From contig CALVKR010000002.1 of assembly GCA_944332995.1 (NCBI GenBank), forward strand, positions 191,752-255,751: a DNA stretch of 64,000 bases, read 5' to 3'. The notes below the pieces were generated by a model. That model worked only from the letters and a program-made list of their open reading frames with translations. It had not been told where the DNA came from and did not search any database. Below are positions 36,299-47,103 of this stretch, one piece after another. Position numbers and translations under genes: made by a program. Each line of letters begins with the position of its first letter. The first letter of the stretch is position 1. The DNA is from an uncultured Clostridia bacterium. Lineage in GTDB: Bacteria; Bacillota; Clostridia; Christensenellales; CAG-917.

Positions 36299-38422
36299 TT
36301 AGTTTTCACCGTGTTTTTTCAAAACTTTTTGAAGTTTAAGGTCAACTCTGCCCTTATCGTCGATTTTGATAATCTTGACAGCTACTTCGTCGCCAACGTT
36401 TACCACGTCGGTGACCTTTTCCACTCTGTTTTTAGAAAGTTTTGAAATGTGAATCATGCCGTCTTTGCCGGGAGCAAGCGACACGGAAGCGCCGAATTGT
36501 CCCTTTTCGTTTTCCATAATCTTGACGACCTTACCGCTGAGTTCCTCACCCACTTCAAAGTCACGGCAGATATTTTCGATAATAACTCTTGCCTTTTCGA
36601 TTGAATCGGTATCCGCCGCTGCGATAAAGATTTGACCGTCGTCGCTGATATCGATTTTAACGCCTGTTTCCTCGATAATCTTGTTGATGGTCTTTCCGCC
36701 GCTACCGATAACATCTCTGATTTTATCGGGATCGATGTTAAACGAAACAATCTTGGGTGCATACTTACTGAGCTGAGGTCTGGGAGCCGCCAAAACTTCC
36801 TTCATTTTGTCGAGAATGAAAAGACGTCCCTGTCTTGCCTGCTCTAAAGCCTTGGTCAGAATCTGCTCGTCGATACCCTTGATTTTAATATCCATCTGAA
36901 TGGCGGTGATACCTTCGCTCGTGCCTGCGACTTTAAAGTCCATATCGCCGAGGAAGTCCTCTAAGCCCTGAATATCGCTGAGAACCGCCACCTTGTTTTC
37001 CGCTTCGTTCTTGATAAGACCCATCGCTATACCTGCAACGGGAGCTTTTATGGGAACGCCTGCGTCCATAAGCGCCAAGGTGCTTCCGCAAACGGAAGCC
37101 TGCGATGTGCTGCCGTTAGACGACAAGATATCCGACACCGTCCTGATTGCGTAAGGAAATTCTTCTTCCGACGGCAATACGGGTTCGAGCGAACGCTCTG
37201 CAAGCGCTCCGTGACCTATCTCACGGCGACCGGGCGTCTTGAGCGGTTTTGCCTCACCCGTGGAATATCCCGGCATATTGTATTGGTGCATATATCTCTT
37301 GTAATAATCCTCGTCAAGACCTTCGAGCTTCTGAACTTCGCTTATCGTTCCGAGCGTACAAGTTGTCAAAGCCTGTGTTTGACCTCTCGTGAATACGGCG
37401 CTGCCGTGAACACGGGGAAGAATTCCCACTTCGCACCAGATAGGACGAATCTCGGTAAGCTGTCTGCCGTCGGGACGGACGCCGTCGTTTAAAATCTTGG
37501 CACGGACTTTCTCTTTTTTGAGGTAGTAAAGCGAATCCATAATGAATTTCGTCTTCTTTTCCACGTCGTTGAAGTCGTCTGCAAAGTGATTCAAAACGTC
37601 TTCGTTTAAAGCCTCCTCTCTTGCCTCTCTCTCATAACGCTCGAAAGCCTCGAGAACATAATCCATTTTCTTGTCGGCGTATTTACGAACGGCGTTATCG
37701 ATATCTTCGGGGATTTTCTCGAGTTCAATCTGAGCCTTCGGCTTTCCGATTTCCGCCTGAATGGATTCAATAAAGGCAACAATCTTTTTGATTTCCTCAT
37801 GACCGAACATAATAGCTCCGAGCATTTCCTGTTCGGTGATGACGCTTGCGCCTGCCTCAACCATCATAATGGCGTCCTTTGTTCCGGACAAGGAAAGGTG
37901 CAATCTCGATTTTTCTCTCTGTTCGCTGTCGGGGTTGATGACGTATTGACCGTCCACCAAACCGACTACGACGGAGCCCGTAGGTCCGGCAAAGGGAATA
38001 TCGGAAATGGAAAGAGCGATAGACGAGCCCACCATGCCCCACACTTCGGGCGGAATGTTGGTGTCGACGCTCAGCACCGTAGCTATGACGGTAACGTCGT
38101 TATAAAAGCCCTTGGGGAAGAGCGGACGGATAGGACGGTCGATAAGTCTTGAAGTCAAGATAGCCTTATCGGACGGTCTGCCCTCTCTCTTTTTGAAACC
38201 GCCGGGGATTTTGCCGACGGCATACATTTTTTCTTCAAAATCCACGCCGAGCGGGAAATAATCCATTCCCTCTCTCGGAGTCTTTGACATTGTTGCGTTT
38301 ACCATGACCGCAGTGTCGCCGCAACGGACGATACAGGAGCCGTTAGCCTGCGAGCAATAAGCTCCCGTTTCGACAATAACTTCTTTCCCGCCTATTGTCG
38401 TTTTAAAAATTTCTTTTTTCAT
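36299..38422 (-). CDS. pnp: Polyribonucleotide nucleotidyltransferase (PNPase)
   Basis: 707 aa. Two RNase PH domains, a KH domain (GSGGKTINKI) and an S1 domain. Lies downstream of rpsO. Confidence 0.95.
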   Translation of the reverse strand: MKKEIFKTTIGGKEVIVETGAYCSQANGSCIVRCGDTAVMVNATMSKTPREGMDYFPLGVDFEEKMYAVGKIPGGFKKREGRPSDKAILTSRLIDRPIRPLFPKGFYNDVTVIATVLSVDTNIPPEVWGMVGSSIALSISDIPFAGPTGSVVVGLVDGQYVINPDSEQREKSRLHLSLSGTKDAIMMVEAGASVITEQEMLGAIMFGHEEIKKIVAFIESIQAEIGKPKAQIELEKIPEDIDNAVRKYADKKMDYVLEAFERYEREAREEALNEDVLNHFADDFNDVEKKTKFIMDSLYYLKKEKVRAKILNDGVRPDGRQLTEIRPIWCEVGILPRVHGSAVFTRGQTQALTTCTLGTISEVQKLEGLDEDYYKRYMHQYNMPGYSTGEAKPLKTPGRREIGHGALAERSLEPVLPSEEEFPYAIRTVSDILSSNGSTSQASVCGSTLALMDAGVPIKAPVAGIAMGLIKNEAENKVAVLSDIQGLEDFLGDMDFKVAGTSEGITAIQMDIKIKGIDEQILTKALEQARQGRLFILDKMKEVLAAPRPQLSKYAPKIVSFNIDPDKIRDVIGSGGKTINKIIEETGVKIDISDDGQIFIAAADTDSIEKARVIIENICRDFEVGEELSGKVVKIMENEKGQFGASVSLAPGKDGMIHISKLSKNRVEKVTDVVNVGDEVAVKIIKIDDKGRVDLKLQKVLKKHGEN

Positions 38423-38482
38423 ATTATCTCCTTTCTGGTTATCTCGTCATAACCTATTTATTGGCAAACGTAAAGTTTACCT

Positions 38483-38511
38483 AAAAAACGGGGGCAAAAG
38501 CCCCCTGTTTT
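38483..38511 (-). terminator. rpsO-pnp intergenic hairpin (terminator/attenuator)
   Basis: Stem GGGGGC/GCCCCC with an AAAA loop, followed by a T-run on the minus strand directly after the rpsO stop. Confidence 0.7.
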
Positions 38512-38775
38512 TTACTTTCTGAGTCCGAGTTCGTTGATTAAATTTCTGTATCTTTCGATATCGGTTTTCTTGAGATACTCGAGCATGCTTCTTCTTTGAC
38601 CTACCATCATAAGCAGACCTCTGCGGCTGTGATGGTCTTTCTTGTGAACCTTAAGGTGCTCGGTAAGCTCGGTGATACGCTCTGTAAGTAAAGCGATTTG
38701 AACTTCGGGTGAACCTGTGTCGCCTTCGCTGCGACCGAATTTTGCAATAATTTCCTGTTTTCTCGTTTTATCCAT
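38512..38775 (-). CDS. rpsO: 30S ribosomal protein S15
   Basis: 87 aa with [17 protein letters not shown]...[16 protein letters not shown]. Confidence 0.95.
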   Translation of the reverse strand: MDKTRKQEIIAKFGRSEGDTGSPEVQIALLTERITELTEHLKVHKKDHHSRRGLLMMVGQRRSMLEYLKKTDIERYRNLINELGLRK

Positions 38776-38861
38776 TTTTTACTCCTCCTGTGGATAAATA
38801 ATTCGCTGCAATCAAAGAGTAACCTCGGAGATTTGGATACACTTTGAAAGAGTACATTTTG

Positions 38862-38890
38862 ATTTTATCATAATAAAAAATAAATGTAAA
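38862..38890 (-). promoter_or_regulatory. Candidate sigma-A promoter of rpsO
   Basis: Minus strand reads TTTACA, a 17-nt spacer, then TAAAAT, with a TG extended -10 (TGATAAAAT). This leaves a leader of about 80 nt. Confidence 0.5.
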
Positions 38891-38966
38891 CTAAAAATAT
38901 AGTTTATTTTGTCGTTTTTGAATTTATTTTAAACGCTCGGGCAAGACATATTTTATCTGACGCCCG

Positions 38967-40391
38967 TTAGTCGGATTTGTTTTCGCTGTCTTTTTCCCAA
39001 AACTCTTTTTGTTTTGAAAGCATTTCCTCGAAACGCTTGACGTAATCGGCAGGTTCTTTGCAATTTGCCTGTCTTTCAATGAGATTTATTCGCGGGGAAA
39101 ACTTTTTCGAGATGGCTCCCGCTCCGCAGGCGAGCACGGAAGTATCTTCTTCCATAACGTCGATATTGTATAGGCAATATTTTTTCGGCTTGGAATAGCC
39201 GACGTTTTCGAGATTGCCCGCCATATACTTTTGCCTGTACATATAATAGGGCTGATACCCTTTTGCGGTGAGCGTATACATGGCATAATCGACCATTTTT
39301 TTCGCTTCCTCGAAATTTTGATTGAAATAGCCTTCTTCTTTCAGTTTTGAGCCGTTTTTAAGGCAGAGAGTGTGAACGGTGATATTTTCCGGCGCAAGCT
39401 CGATTGCCTTGTCCACGCTGTATTTAAAGTCATCAAACGTCTCTCCGGGCAACATGGCAATCAAATCCATATTGACGTCAAATTTTTTCCTGACGAGTCC
39501 GTAAGCGTTTATGACGTCTTCGACCTTATGTGTCCTGCCTATCTTATCGAGCGTCTTTTGATTAAAGCTCTGCGGATTAACCGATATTCTCGTGACCTTT
39601 GCCCTTTTCATAATCTTGACGGTTTCTTTGGTTATCGTATCCGGTCTGCCTGCCTCGACGGTGAATTCCTTCTGCCCGAATTTAAGACAAGCCAACACCG
39701 CCTTGAGTTCCCCTATTTTAAGAGACGTGGGCGTGCCTCCGCCGACGTATACCGCCCTGACGGAATATTTTTTGTCTTTGATTATCTTTTTGATTTGTGA
39801 AATTTCACGCTTTAAACAATCGATATAAGGTCCCACGACCGCCTGCTGCTTGCCTATGACGGTGGAAACAAAGCTGCAATAAGCGCACCTTGACGGACAA
39901 AACGGAATATTTACAAAGACGTCCACCACCGTTTCGGGTTTCGTGTTTTTATACGGAATCTGATTTACCACACAGCTTTGAACGAGTTTTACCTTGTCGC
40001 CGTGCACGGAAAATTCCTTTTCAAAAATTTCCTTGGCGTTTACGCCGAGTTCCGCAAAATACTTGGTAGGTCTTATTCCCGTAAGACAGCCGTAAGGAAG
40101 ATTGGTGTTTGACAAAAAAGACAGGCACCGATACAGTGCGACCTTAAGGTGTCTTTTTACCGACCTTTTATATGCCATCTCGCTTGAAGAATCCACCTCA
40201 AACGTGTAAACCTTTTTAAATTTATCGAAAACGTCGCTCGTTATGACAACCTTGAGTTCCCCTCTCTCAACGGCGGCGTTTAAATCGATATAATTTTCAT
40301 CGCCTGCCGATATGCTCGGATAAAAAGCCCTGAAAAGCTCTTGCAAATCGGAATCGAAATTTGGTTGGTTGTGAGTAAATTTTAAAAGCAT
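38967..40391 (-). CDS. Radical SAM coproporphyrinogen-III-oxidase-family protein (HemZ-like)
   Basis: 474 aa with the CPSRCAYCSF radical SAM cluster motif and the long HemZ-type N-terminal extension. Confidence 0.7.
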   Translation of the reverse strand: MLLKFTHNQPNFDSDLQELFRAFYPSISAGDENYIDLNAAVERGELKVVITSDVFDKFKKVYTFEVDSSSEMAYKRSVKRHLKVALYRCLSFLSNTNLPYGCLTGIRPTKYFAELGVNAKEIFEKEFSVHGDKVKLVQSCVVNQIPYKNTKPETVVDVFVNIPFCPSRCAYCSFVSTVIGKQQAVVGPYIDCLKREISQIKKIIKDKKYSVRAVYVGGGTPTSLKIGELKAVLACLKFGQKEFTVEAGRPDTITKETVKIMKRAKVTRISVNPQSFNQKTLDKIGRTHKVEDVINAYGLVRKKFDVNMDLIAMLPGETFDDFKYSVDKAIELAPENITVHTLCLKNGSKLKEEGYFNQNFEEAKKMVDYAMYTLTAKGYQPYYMYRQKYMAGNLENVGYSKPKKYCLYNIDVMEEDTSVLACGAGAISKKFSPRINLIERQANCKEPADYVKRFEEMLSKQKEFWEKDSENKSD

Positions 40392-40787
40392 AACGTCTCC
40401 GTTTCAAATGGGTCTAAGCAGTTTATATAGGCAGTATTAACGGCTCACTGTTTTTTGCATAAATATGCAAATATGCAATTCGCTTGCGTTTATCGAAATC
40501 GACTTTCGACGAAAACGCCTTCGGTAGATATATAGCCCTATATTCAGCCGGCACAGTCGGATATCAACACGCCTAAGCCGAATGGGCAACCTCCAAAGTA
40601 AAATAGTCGACAGTCACAGCCAGATATTTAATCGTCATAGATAATTATACTAAAAAACAACAATTAAATCAATGAAAATTTTTAACAATTATACGGTCAA
40701 AACCGCACGGTAAAGGGCAAGGGAGCGCCGATACCCTTTCGCATACTAAATCGATGCATTTAGCTCGGGCGGGTTCTGCCGCTTTTA

Positions 40788-41396
40788 TTAGTCGAAATTT
40801 ATCGGATTGGTTTTTCTTTCCTCGTCCAGGGTGGAAAACTCTCCGTGACCGGGATACAGTTTATAATCCCCGTTTAGCGAAAATATCTTTTTTGCGGAGT
40901 TTTTCAGTTCGTTTAAATCCCCGTCGTAAAAGTCGTATCTTCCGTAAGAGCCGCAAAAGAGAGTGTCGCCGCAAAATACCGAATCGTCGATAACGTAGCA
41001 TACGCTGCCCTTGCTGTGCCCGGGCGTATGAATAACTTTAATTTCTTTACCGATAAAATGCAAAATTTCCCCGTCAGTTACGTATTCGTCCGCCTTGAAG
41101 GCGTTGAGCTTTACTCCCGCAAAAGCCGCCATACCCTTATAGGTATATAGCTTTTCGGCGTCCGCTTCGTGTATATAAATTTTTATCCCCTTTTGTTGCA
41201 ACTCTGCGCATCCGTTGGCGTGGTCGAAATGTCCGTGCGTAAGCAATACCGCCTCAAGAGTTATCCCCTCTTTTAAAGCGTAAAGATATAAATCCTCGCC
41301 GTCGCTTCCGACGTCAATCAAAATCCCTCTGCCGTTCTCGCTGACAAGATAAGTATTCGTTCCTATCGGGGAAGTGATAAAACTTTCTACCTTCAC
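40788..41396 (-). CDS. MBL-fold metallo-hydrolase (hydroxyacylglutathione hydrolase-like)
   Basis: 202 aa with the THGHFDH motif and downstream H and D ligands (HTPGHS, GD). Confidence 0.8.
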   Translation of the reverse strand: MKVESFITSPIGTNTYLVSENGRGILIDVGSDGEDLYLYALKEGITLEAVLLTHGHFDHANGCAELQQKGIKIYIHEADAEKLYTYKGMAAFAGVKLNAFKADEYVTDGEILHFIGKEIKVIHTPGHSKGSVCYVIDDSVFCGDTLFCGSYGRYDFYDGDLNELKNSAKKIFSLNGDYKLYPGHGEFSTLDEERKTNPINFD

Positions 41397-41398
41397 GC

Positions 41399-43567
41399 CT
41401 ACCTCCTCACGTCTATGACGCCCTGCAAGGAGCTGAGTTTTCTGATGAGGTCGTCAAGTTCGCTTGTCGATTTTATCTCGACGGTTATGGATATCTCCGT
41501 CGTTTCGTCCTTTTTATTCATGCTCGCATTGACGCCGACAATCTGAAGTTTTTGTCCGGCAATGGCGGTGGAAACCTGGGCGAGCATACCCGATTTGTTT
41601 TCGCACACGATTTTTATCGTTACGGTATAGCTGTCGTTAATGGCGAAGTTATCCCACGACGCCTCGATTATTCTTTCAGGCTCCATAGACTTTATATTCG
41701 GACAATCCGCCCTGTGAACCGAAACGCCTCTGCCCCTTGAAATGTATCCTATGATTTTATCCCCGGGAACGGGCGAACAGCAATGAGAAAGTCTGACGGC
41801 AAAATCGGCAAAGCCTTTTATTAAAACTCCGCTCTTGCTTGTTTTGCGCGGCTCCTTTGCGTTTTCGTAGCTGAGACTGTCTGTTTCAAAAGAATTGTTT
41901 GCACTGTTTTCCTTTGCCACCTCAACGACGTGCGCTTTAAACTCGTCAATGAGTTTTACTAAAATCTGATTCGTGGTGATTCCGCCGTATCCCACCATAG
42001 AATAGAGGTCGTCAAGGCTCTGACAGGACTGCCTCGACAGCAACATATCCTGAACGCCCGGCGTCTGAAGGAGTTTGGCAAAGCTGTAGCCGCGGTGGCG
42101 TGCCTCACGCTCAAGCATATCCTTTCCCCTTTTGATGTTTTCTTCCTTCATTTCCTTTTTGAAGAAGGAACGGATTTTAGAACGTGCCGTCGCCGTCTGG
42201 GCGTAGTTGAGCCAATCCCGGCTGGGACCTTTTGAAGCGTTGGACGTCAATATCTCTATTATGTCGCCGTTTTGAAGTCTTGTCGACAGCGGAACGATTT
42301 TCTGATTTATCCTTGCGCCGACGCACTTGTTGCCTATTGCCGAGTGAATCTTATAAGCAAGGTCGATAGGCGTCGAGCCGACGGGAAGTCCGTATACGTC
42401 GCCCTTTGGCGTAAATACGAACACTTCGTCGTCGAACACGTTGATTTTGACTGCGTCCAAAAATTCGTGAGCGCCTATGATATCCTTTTCGGCGTCCATG
42501 ACTTCTCTTAGCCAGCGCACCTTTTCGTCGAGGACGCTCGACTGCGTCCTGCCCTCTTTATACTTCCAATGTGCGGCGACGCCGTATTCCGCTATGCGGT
42601 GCATCTCTTTCGTTCTTATCTGCACCTCGAACGTCTGCCCGAATTGCGTCATAACCGTGGTGTGAAGCGATTGATAGTTGTTCGGCTTGGGCACGGCGAT
42701 ATAATCTTTAACTCTGTTCGGAAGCGGTTTCCACATCGTGTGAATCTGACCGAGCAATGTATAACAGTCTTTTACGTCGTCCACTATTATCCTGACTGCG
42801 AGAAGGTCGTATATCTGGTCTATATCGATATTGAGGTTACGCATTTTTTTGAAAATGGAATAAAAATGTTTTGCCCTGCTGCTCACCTCGCCGTCTATTT
42901 TGAGTTCGGCAAGTTTATTTTTAATTTCCGTGCATATCTTGGTCAAAAATTCCTGTCTTTGACTGTTGTGTTCTTCCACATATTTTGCGATATAGTTATA
43001 TTCTTTGGGATAGAGATAACTCATTGCAAGGTCTTCGAGCTCGCATTTGAAAAAGGAAATACCAAGTCTGCCTGCAAGCGGAGCATATATCTCGAGCGTT
43101 TCTCTCGATATATATTGCTGTTTCTCTTCCGGCTGAAATTTGAGCGAACGCATATTGTGCAAACGGTCGGCAAATTTGACGATAATGACTCTCAGGTCGT
43201 TTGCCATGGCGACGAACATTTTCCTGAGACTTTCCGCCTGAGCGTCCTCACGGTTTAAAAACTTGAGTTTGTCGAGCTTCGTAACGCCCTCGACAAGTTC
43301 CAATATCTCCTCGCCGAATTCCGTTTTTATCTGTTCATCCGTGACGGGCGTATCTTCTAACGTGTCATGCAAAAAAGCCGCAACGACTGTTGAGGCGTCA
43401 AACCCGAATTCCGCTACAATCTCGGCAACGGCGCAAGGGTGAGTTATATAGTCCTCGCCCGACCTGCGCTTTTGTCCCTCGTGCGCTTTGGCGGCAAACT
43501 CGTATGCCTTTTTTATCAGCTCGTAGTTTTCGGGATATAGAGGTTTGAATTTCTCGATATCGAACAA
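41399..43567 (-). CDS. relA: Bifunctional (p)ppGpp synthetase/hydrolase RelA/SpoT
   Basis: 722 aa. HD domain (HDTLEDT), RelA_SpoT synthetase domain (YQSLHT), TGS domain and ACT domain. Confidence 0.95.
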   Translation of the reverse strand: MFDIEKFKPLYPENYELIKKAYEFAAKAHEGQKRRSGEDYITHPCAVAEIVAEFGFDASTVVAAFLHDTLEDTPVTDEQIKTEFGEEILELVEGVTKLDKLKFLNREDAQAESLRKMFVAMANDLRVIIVKFADRLHNMRSLKFQPEEKQQYISRETLEIYAPLAGRLGISFFKCELEDLAMSYLYPKEYNYIAKYVEEHNSQRQEFLTKICTEIKNKLAELKIDGEVSSRAKHFYSIFKKMRNLNIDIDQIYDLLAVRIIVDDVKDCYTLLGQIHTMWKPLPNRVKDYIAVPKPNNYQSLHTTVMTQFGQTFEVQIRTKEMHRIAEYGVAAHWKYKEGRTQSSVLDEKVRWLREVMDAEKDIIGAHEFLDAVKINVFDDEVFVFTPKGDVYGLPVGSTPIDLAYKIHSAIGNKCVGARINQKIVPLSTRLQNGDIIEILTSNASKGPSRDWLNYAQTATARSKIRSFFKKEMKEENIKRGKDMLEREARHRGYSFAKLLQTPGVQDMLLSRQSCQSLDDLYSMVGYGGITTNQILVKLIDEFKAHVVEVAKENSANNSFETDSLSYENAKEPRKTSKSGVLIKGFADFAVRLSHCCSPVPGDKIIGYISRGRGVSVHRADCPNIKSMEPERIIEASWDNFAINDSYTVTIKIVCENKSGMLAQVSTAIAGQKLQIVGVNASMNKKDETTEISITVEIKSTSELDDLIRKLSSLQGVIDVRR

Positions 43568-45787
43568 TTAACACTCCTTGAGATATTGATAGGTATAAGA
43601 CTTATCAAGGCTCGTCTTTTTATCGGATATTACTATAATACCCTTATCATCCGTCAAAATCAATAGCAGTTCCTTAAAAATTTGAAGTCCTGCAAAAAAT
43701 TCAAAATCAGCAAGTCCTGCCTTGTTTAACTCGGATTTAAATTTCTTCTCGTTATATTTCAGTCCCTTCTTGCCCTTGAAATATATAAACAGTTTCTCAA
43801 GGGAGGCTCGGGAAATTTTGTTTATCTTCTGCTCCGGCGCACCCGAAACGATACAGACAAATGCACATTCGTCCTTTGCCTTTTTATAGATGCCGCTTAT
43901 CGGCTTCTCGTAAAAGACCACCCTCTCGAATTCGGAAAAATCAAAATCCGAGTCGGGACAAAGGACAATCTGATTTTGCATATTGCTCACCGCCTGAGCG
44001 CATATTCCTATCGGCAAGGCGGGATAATCGTTTTCTATAAGTGAGAGCCCCTCTTTAGAAAACGCTACAAACAGCGTCCCGAAACTGCCCTCGGCTTTAA
44101 AATCCGTCGCCCCGTCGCACTCGGCAGGCGGTAGTTTCAGCGCCCCGAGCGCCGCCGTCATAAGTTCATCATTTGACAGCGTTACGTTTTCGACGTATAC
44201 GTCCTTTATGAGTGCCTGCGCCGTTTCGTTGTTTTGGAAGATGTTCCTTGACAGACTAACTACAAATCTCGAGTCGCACTCTGCCATAAAACGTCTGTCG
44301 TGTTTAAAAAAGCCCACCATTTCAAACGCTTTCGTATTTGCCTTGATATGCTCGCTGTCGCCTATCCTGTCAAAAGCGATACCGCCGGACGGTACCAAAA
44401 ACAGAGGCTTGGGGTTTTTATATCCCGTAGGCTCGAGCAACTCAAGTTCTCTTGCAAGCGGAAGTTTCGGCAAAACGGTGTCCGCTTCAAAGTCATAATA
44501 TACCCTTTCAAAAAACGTTTCCGCCCCGTAAGAGAGAGCCTTTTCGTTGAGCAGATTTTTTACCGTGTCGAATTTGTCTGCCGATATGCTCACCCCTGCC
44601 GCCATGGCGTGACCGCCGAACGACAGGAAGTGCTCGGAAATTCCCTTTAAGGTTTCAAACAGGTTTATCTCGGAAATTGACCTTGCCGAGCCCTTTAAAA
44701 CGTCGCCTTTTTTTGAAAACAACAGACAGGGGCGGTGATATTTTTCCACCAGCCTTGAAGCGGCAATGCCCAATATACCTGCCTCCCATTTTTCGCTATA
44801 TAAGACGATAAAGCCGAGATTATCGAAGTTTGTGCCGCTCAGCATCTTTACGCTGTCACGGAACGCCTCCTCGCATTTTATCTGTCTTTGAGTGTTGTTG
44901 AATTCAAGTTCTTTGACTATGCCGTCGATTATGAAATCGTCGTCGCACAAAAACATTTCCACCGCTTTCATGGCGTTGTCCATTCTGCCTGCGGCGTTTA
45001 TCTTGGGCGCCGTTTTAAACATTATCTCATAGCTTGAAACACTTTTGCCTATAAGCCTCTTTATCGCCTTGGACGGTTTCTTTCTTATACAGTCAAGTCC
45101 AAGCGAGGCAATAACTCTGTTTTCTCCGCAAAGCGGAACGATATCGGCAATGGTGGCAATGGCGGCAAGTTCCAGGAGCGGTTTTATATCCTCTCTCGAC
45201 GACAGCGCCTCGGCAAGTTTTAATGCGACGCCCGCTCCGCAATAATCGGAAAATCCCTCTCTCTTGATTTTGGGATTTATCTTTATGCAGTCCGGCAAAT
45301 TATTCTGCGGTTCGTGGTGGTCGGTCACTATGACGTCCACCCCTCTGTCCTTCAAAAACTCCACTTCGTCCGTGCTCGTGATACCGCAGTCGACGGTTAT
45401 GACGAGGTCGGGCGAATATTTTTTTAACAGTTTTTCAAGCGAATTTACCGAAAGTCCGTATCCGTCCACGTTACGGTCGGGTATGAAATAATTGACCGCC
45501 TTTACCCTTCCGTATAAAATTTTATACAAAATGACGGTGGCGCAAATGCCGTCGCAGTCGTAGTCGCCGTATATGAGAACGCTGTCGTTTTTAGCCTCGT
45601 TTATCCTGTTTACGGCGTCGGAAATTCCGTCAAGAGAAAACGGGTCGCACATATCGTCAAGCGACGGATTTATAAATGCTTCTACGTCGGATATTCCCCT
45701 TTCCGCCAGAAGCGATGAAAACTCTTTGGAATACTTACCGACGGTTTCGACTTCCGATTTTACTCTTTTAACGTAATTCATTCTCAT
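43568..45787 (-). CDS. recJ: Single-stranded-DNA-specific exonuclease RecJ
   Basis: 739 aa with DHH motifs (GDYDCDG, VDCG, TDHH) and DHHA1 (GGHAMAAG). Confidence 0.9.
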   Translation of the reverse strand: MRMNYVKRVKSEVETVGKYSKEFSSLLAERGISDVEAFINPSLDDMCDPFSLDGISDAVNRINEAKNDSVLIYGDYDCDGICATVILYKILYGRVKAVNYFIPDRNVDGYGLSVNSLEKLLKKYSPDLVITVDCGITSTDEVEFLKDRGVDVIVTDHHEPQNNLPDCIKINPKIKREGFSDYCGAGVALKLAEALSSREDIKPLLELAAIATIADIVPLCGENRVIASLGLDCIRKKPSKAIKRLIGKSVSSYEIMFKTAPKINAAGRMDNAMKAVEMFLCDDDFIIDGIVKELEFNNTQRQIKCEEAFRDSVKMLSGTNFDNLGFIVLYSEKWEAGILGIAASRLVEKYHRPCLLFSKKGDVLKGSARSISEINLFETLKGISEHFLSFGGHAMAAGVSISADKFDTVKNLLNEKALSYGAETFFERVYYDFEADTVLPKLPLARELELLEPTGYKNPKPLFLVPSGGIAFDRIGDSEHIKANTKAFEMVGFFKHDRRFMAECDSRFVVSLSRNIFQNNETAQALIKDVYVENVTLSNDELMTAALGALKLPPAECDGATDFKAEGSFGTLFVAFSKEGLSLIENDYPALPIGICAQAVSNMQNQIVLCPDSDFDFSEFERVVFYEKPISGIYKKAKDECAFVCIVSGAPEQKINKISRASLEKLFIYFKGKKGLKYNEKKFKSELNKAGLADFEFFAGLQIFKELLLILTDDKGIIVISDKKTSLDKSYTYQYLKEC

Positions 45788-45883
45788 AAGTCAAATTATA
45801 ATACAACTGTCAAACAAATTAAAGTGATTTTTTTAACTTAAAGCGGAAATTTGTCTTAAAAGAGCAACTTGATTTATATAAAA

Positions 45884-45911
45884 ATAAAAAAGGCTCGACT
45901 GAGCCTTTTTA
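45884..45911 (-). terminator. Rho-independent terminator after secF
   Basis: Stem AGGCTC/GAGCCT with loop GACT, with A/T runs on both sides. Confidence 0.65.
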
Positions 45912-45918
45912 TTTCAAA

Positions 45919-47103
45919 TTATTTTTTCTTTTTAAACTGAGTGTTTTTCTTTTTGGGATTTACCCACACGTTTTGTTGCGGCTTCTTTTTAGCTTTCTTT
46001 TCCGCTTGAGTTCCCTCGGCATTGTCGCCCTTTTCTTCCTTTGAGGGTTTTTTATCGTAGATGACGACATCTTTGTTGCCCTCTTCGGCGGCTTTTCTTG
46101 CAAGACGTTTAAGTCTTAAGCCGTCCATGGCATAGCTGAGTTTTGCCCATATAGGCGTTGCAAGGAATACGGAAGAATAGAAGCCGACAAAAAGTCCTAT
46201 GATAATCGGAACGACAAATTCTCTCATCGTTACGCTTCCGAAAATAGCGAGCATTGCAACCGTAACCAAAGTCGTGAACGTGGTATATAACGAACGGGTC
46301 ATCGTCGTTTTAACCGCCTCGTCGCCTATTTCGATATAATTGATAGATTTAGCGTTTTTGATAGGCTTGATTGTTTCACGGCATCTGTCGAAGATAACTA
46401 TCGTGTTGTTTATCGAATACGCAATGATTGTTATCGCCGCGGCAACGTAGGACGAGTTGATTTGTATTCTGAACATAACGGTGAGGCAGAACATGATGAT
46501 TGCATCGTGTATTGTCAAGAGCACCGCCACGATACCGGAAACAGGCTCAAACCTAATAATGATATAAATGAGTATCAAAACGAGCGTAACTACCAAAGCA
46601 ATTGCGGCTTTTTCGAGCAAGTCGTTTGCCGCCGTTTTACCGATTGTATCGTAAGCTATATCCGACTCGCCGAGGTCGGGATAAAGCGCTCTGACGGATG
46701 CGACTATTTTTTCGTTGGTATCAAAGATGACATCCGCATTTTCCGACGAATTAGTATATCTGAACTGAAGTGCGTCCGTTGCCGTAGTGGAACCGGACGA
46801 CGTCTGAACATAGCTGACCGTAACTCCGTGAGACTCTATCGCCTTAGTGATTTGGCTTACGTGCTTGTCATAGTTTGCGTTTGCCGAGTGGGCTTCCTCC
46901 CCGAGCGTAACGCTGAGCAGAGTGCCGCCCTCAAAGTCGATACCGATATTAAATCCGTCTGCCGCAGAACCGTTTACCACGGAAATGGACAAGATGACTA
47001 TAAATGCGATAACCAAAATGACTATCGGCGGAATAAGCCAAAAACGGAGTTTGTTTGTAATTTTGAAATCTTTGACGTTTTTGAGGAAATTGTTATTCTT
47101 CAT
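45919..47103 (-). CDS. secF: Protein translocase subunit SecF
   Basis: SecF periplasmic loop plus 6 TM (GIDFEGGT motif) and a K-rich tail. The ATG at 47103 has a GAGGGGG RBS and overlaps the secD end. Confidence 0.9.
   Translation of the reverse strand: MKNNNFLKNVKDFKITNKLRFWLIPPIVILVIAFIVILSISVVNGSAADGFNIGIDFEGGTLLSVTLGEEAHSANANYDKHVSQITKAIESHGVTVSYVQTSSGSTTATDALQFRYTNSSENADVIFDTNEKIVASVRALYPDLGESDIAYDTIGKTAANDLLEKAAIALVVTLVLILIYIIIRFEPVSGIVAVLLTIHDAIIMFCLTVMFRIQINSSYVAAAITIIAYSINNTIVIFDRCRETIKPIKNAKSINYIEIGDEAVKTTMTRSLYTTFTTLVTVAMLAIFGSVTMREFVVPIIIGLFVGFYSSVFLATPIWAKLSYAMDGLRLKRLARKAAEEGNKDVVIYDKKPSKEEKGDNAEGTQAEKKAKKKPQQNVWVNPKKKNTQFKKKK

Noticed and set aside
40392-40787. The 395-bp spacer upstream of the HemZ-like gene was examined for a riboswitch (for example cobalamin or another cofactor) or a small RNA.
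   Set aside because: I could not find a B12-box or another conserved riboswitch core. There are only short, weak hairpins. It remains unassigned rather than called, and an Rfam scan would be needed.
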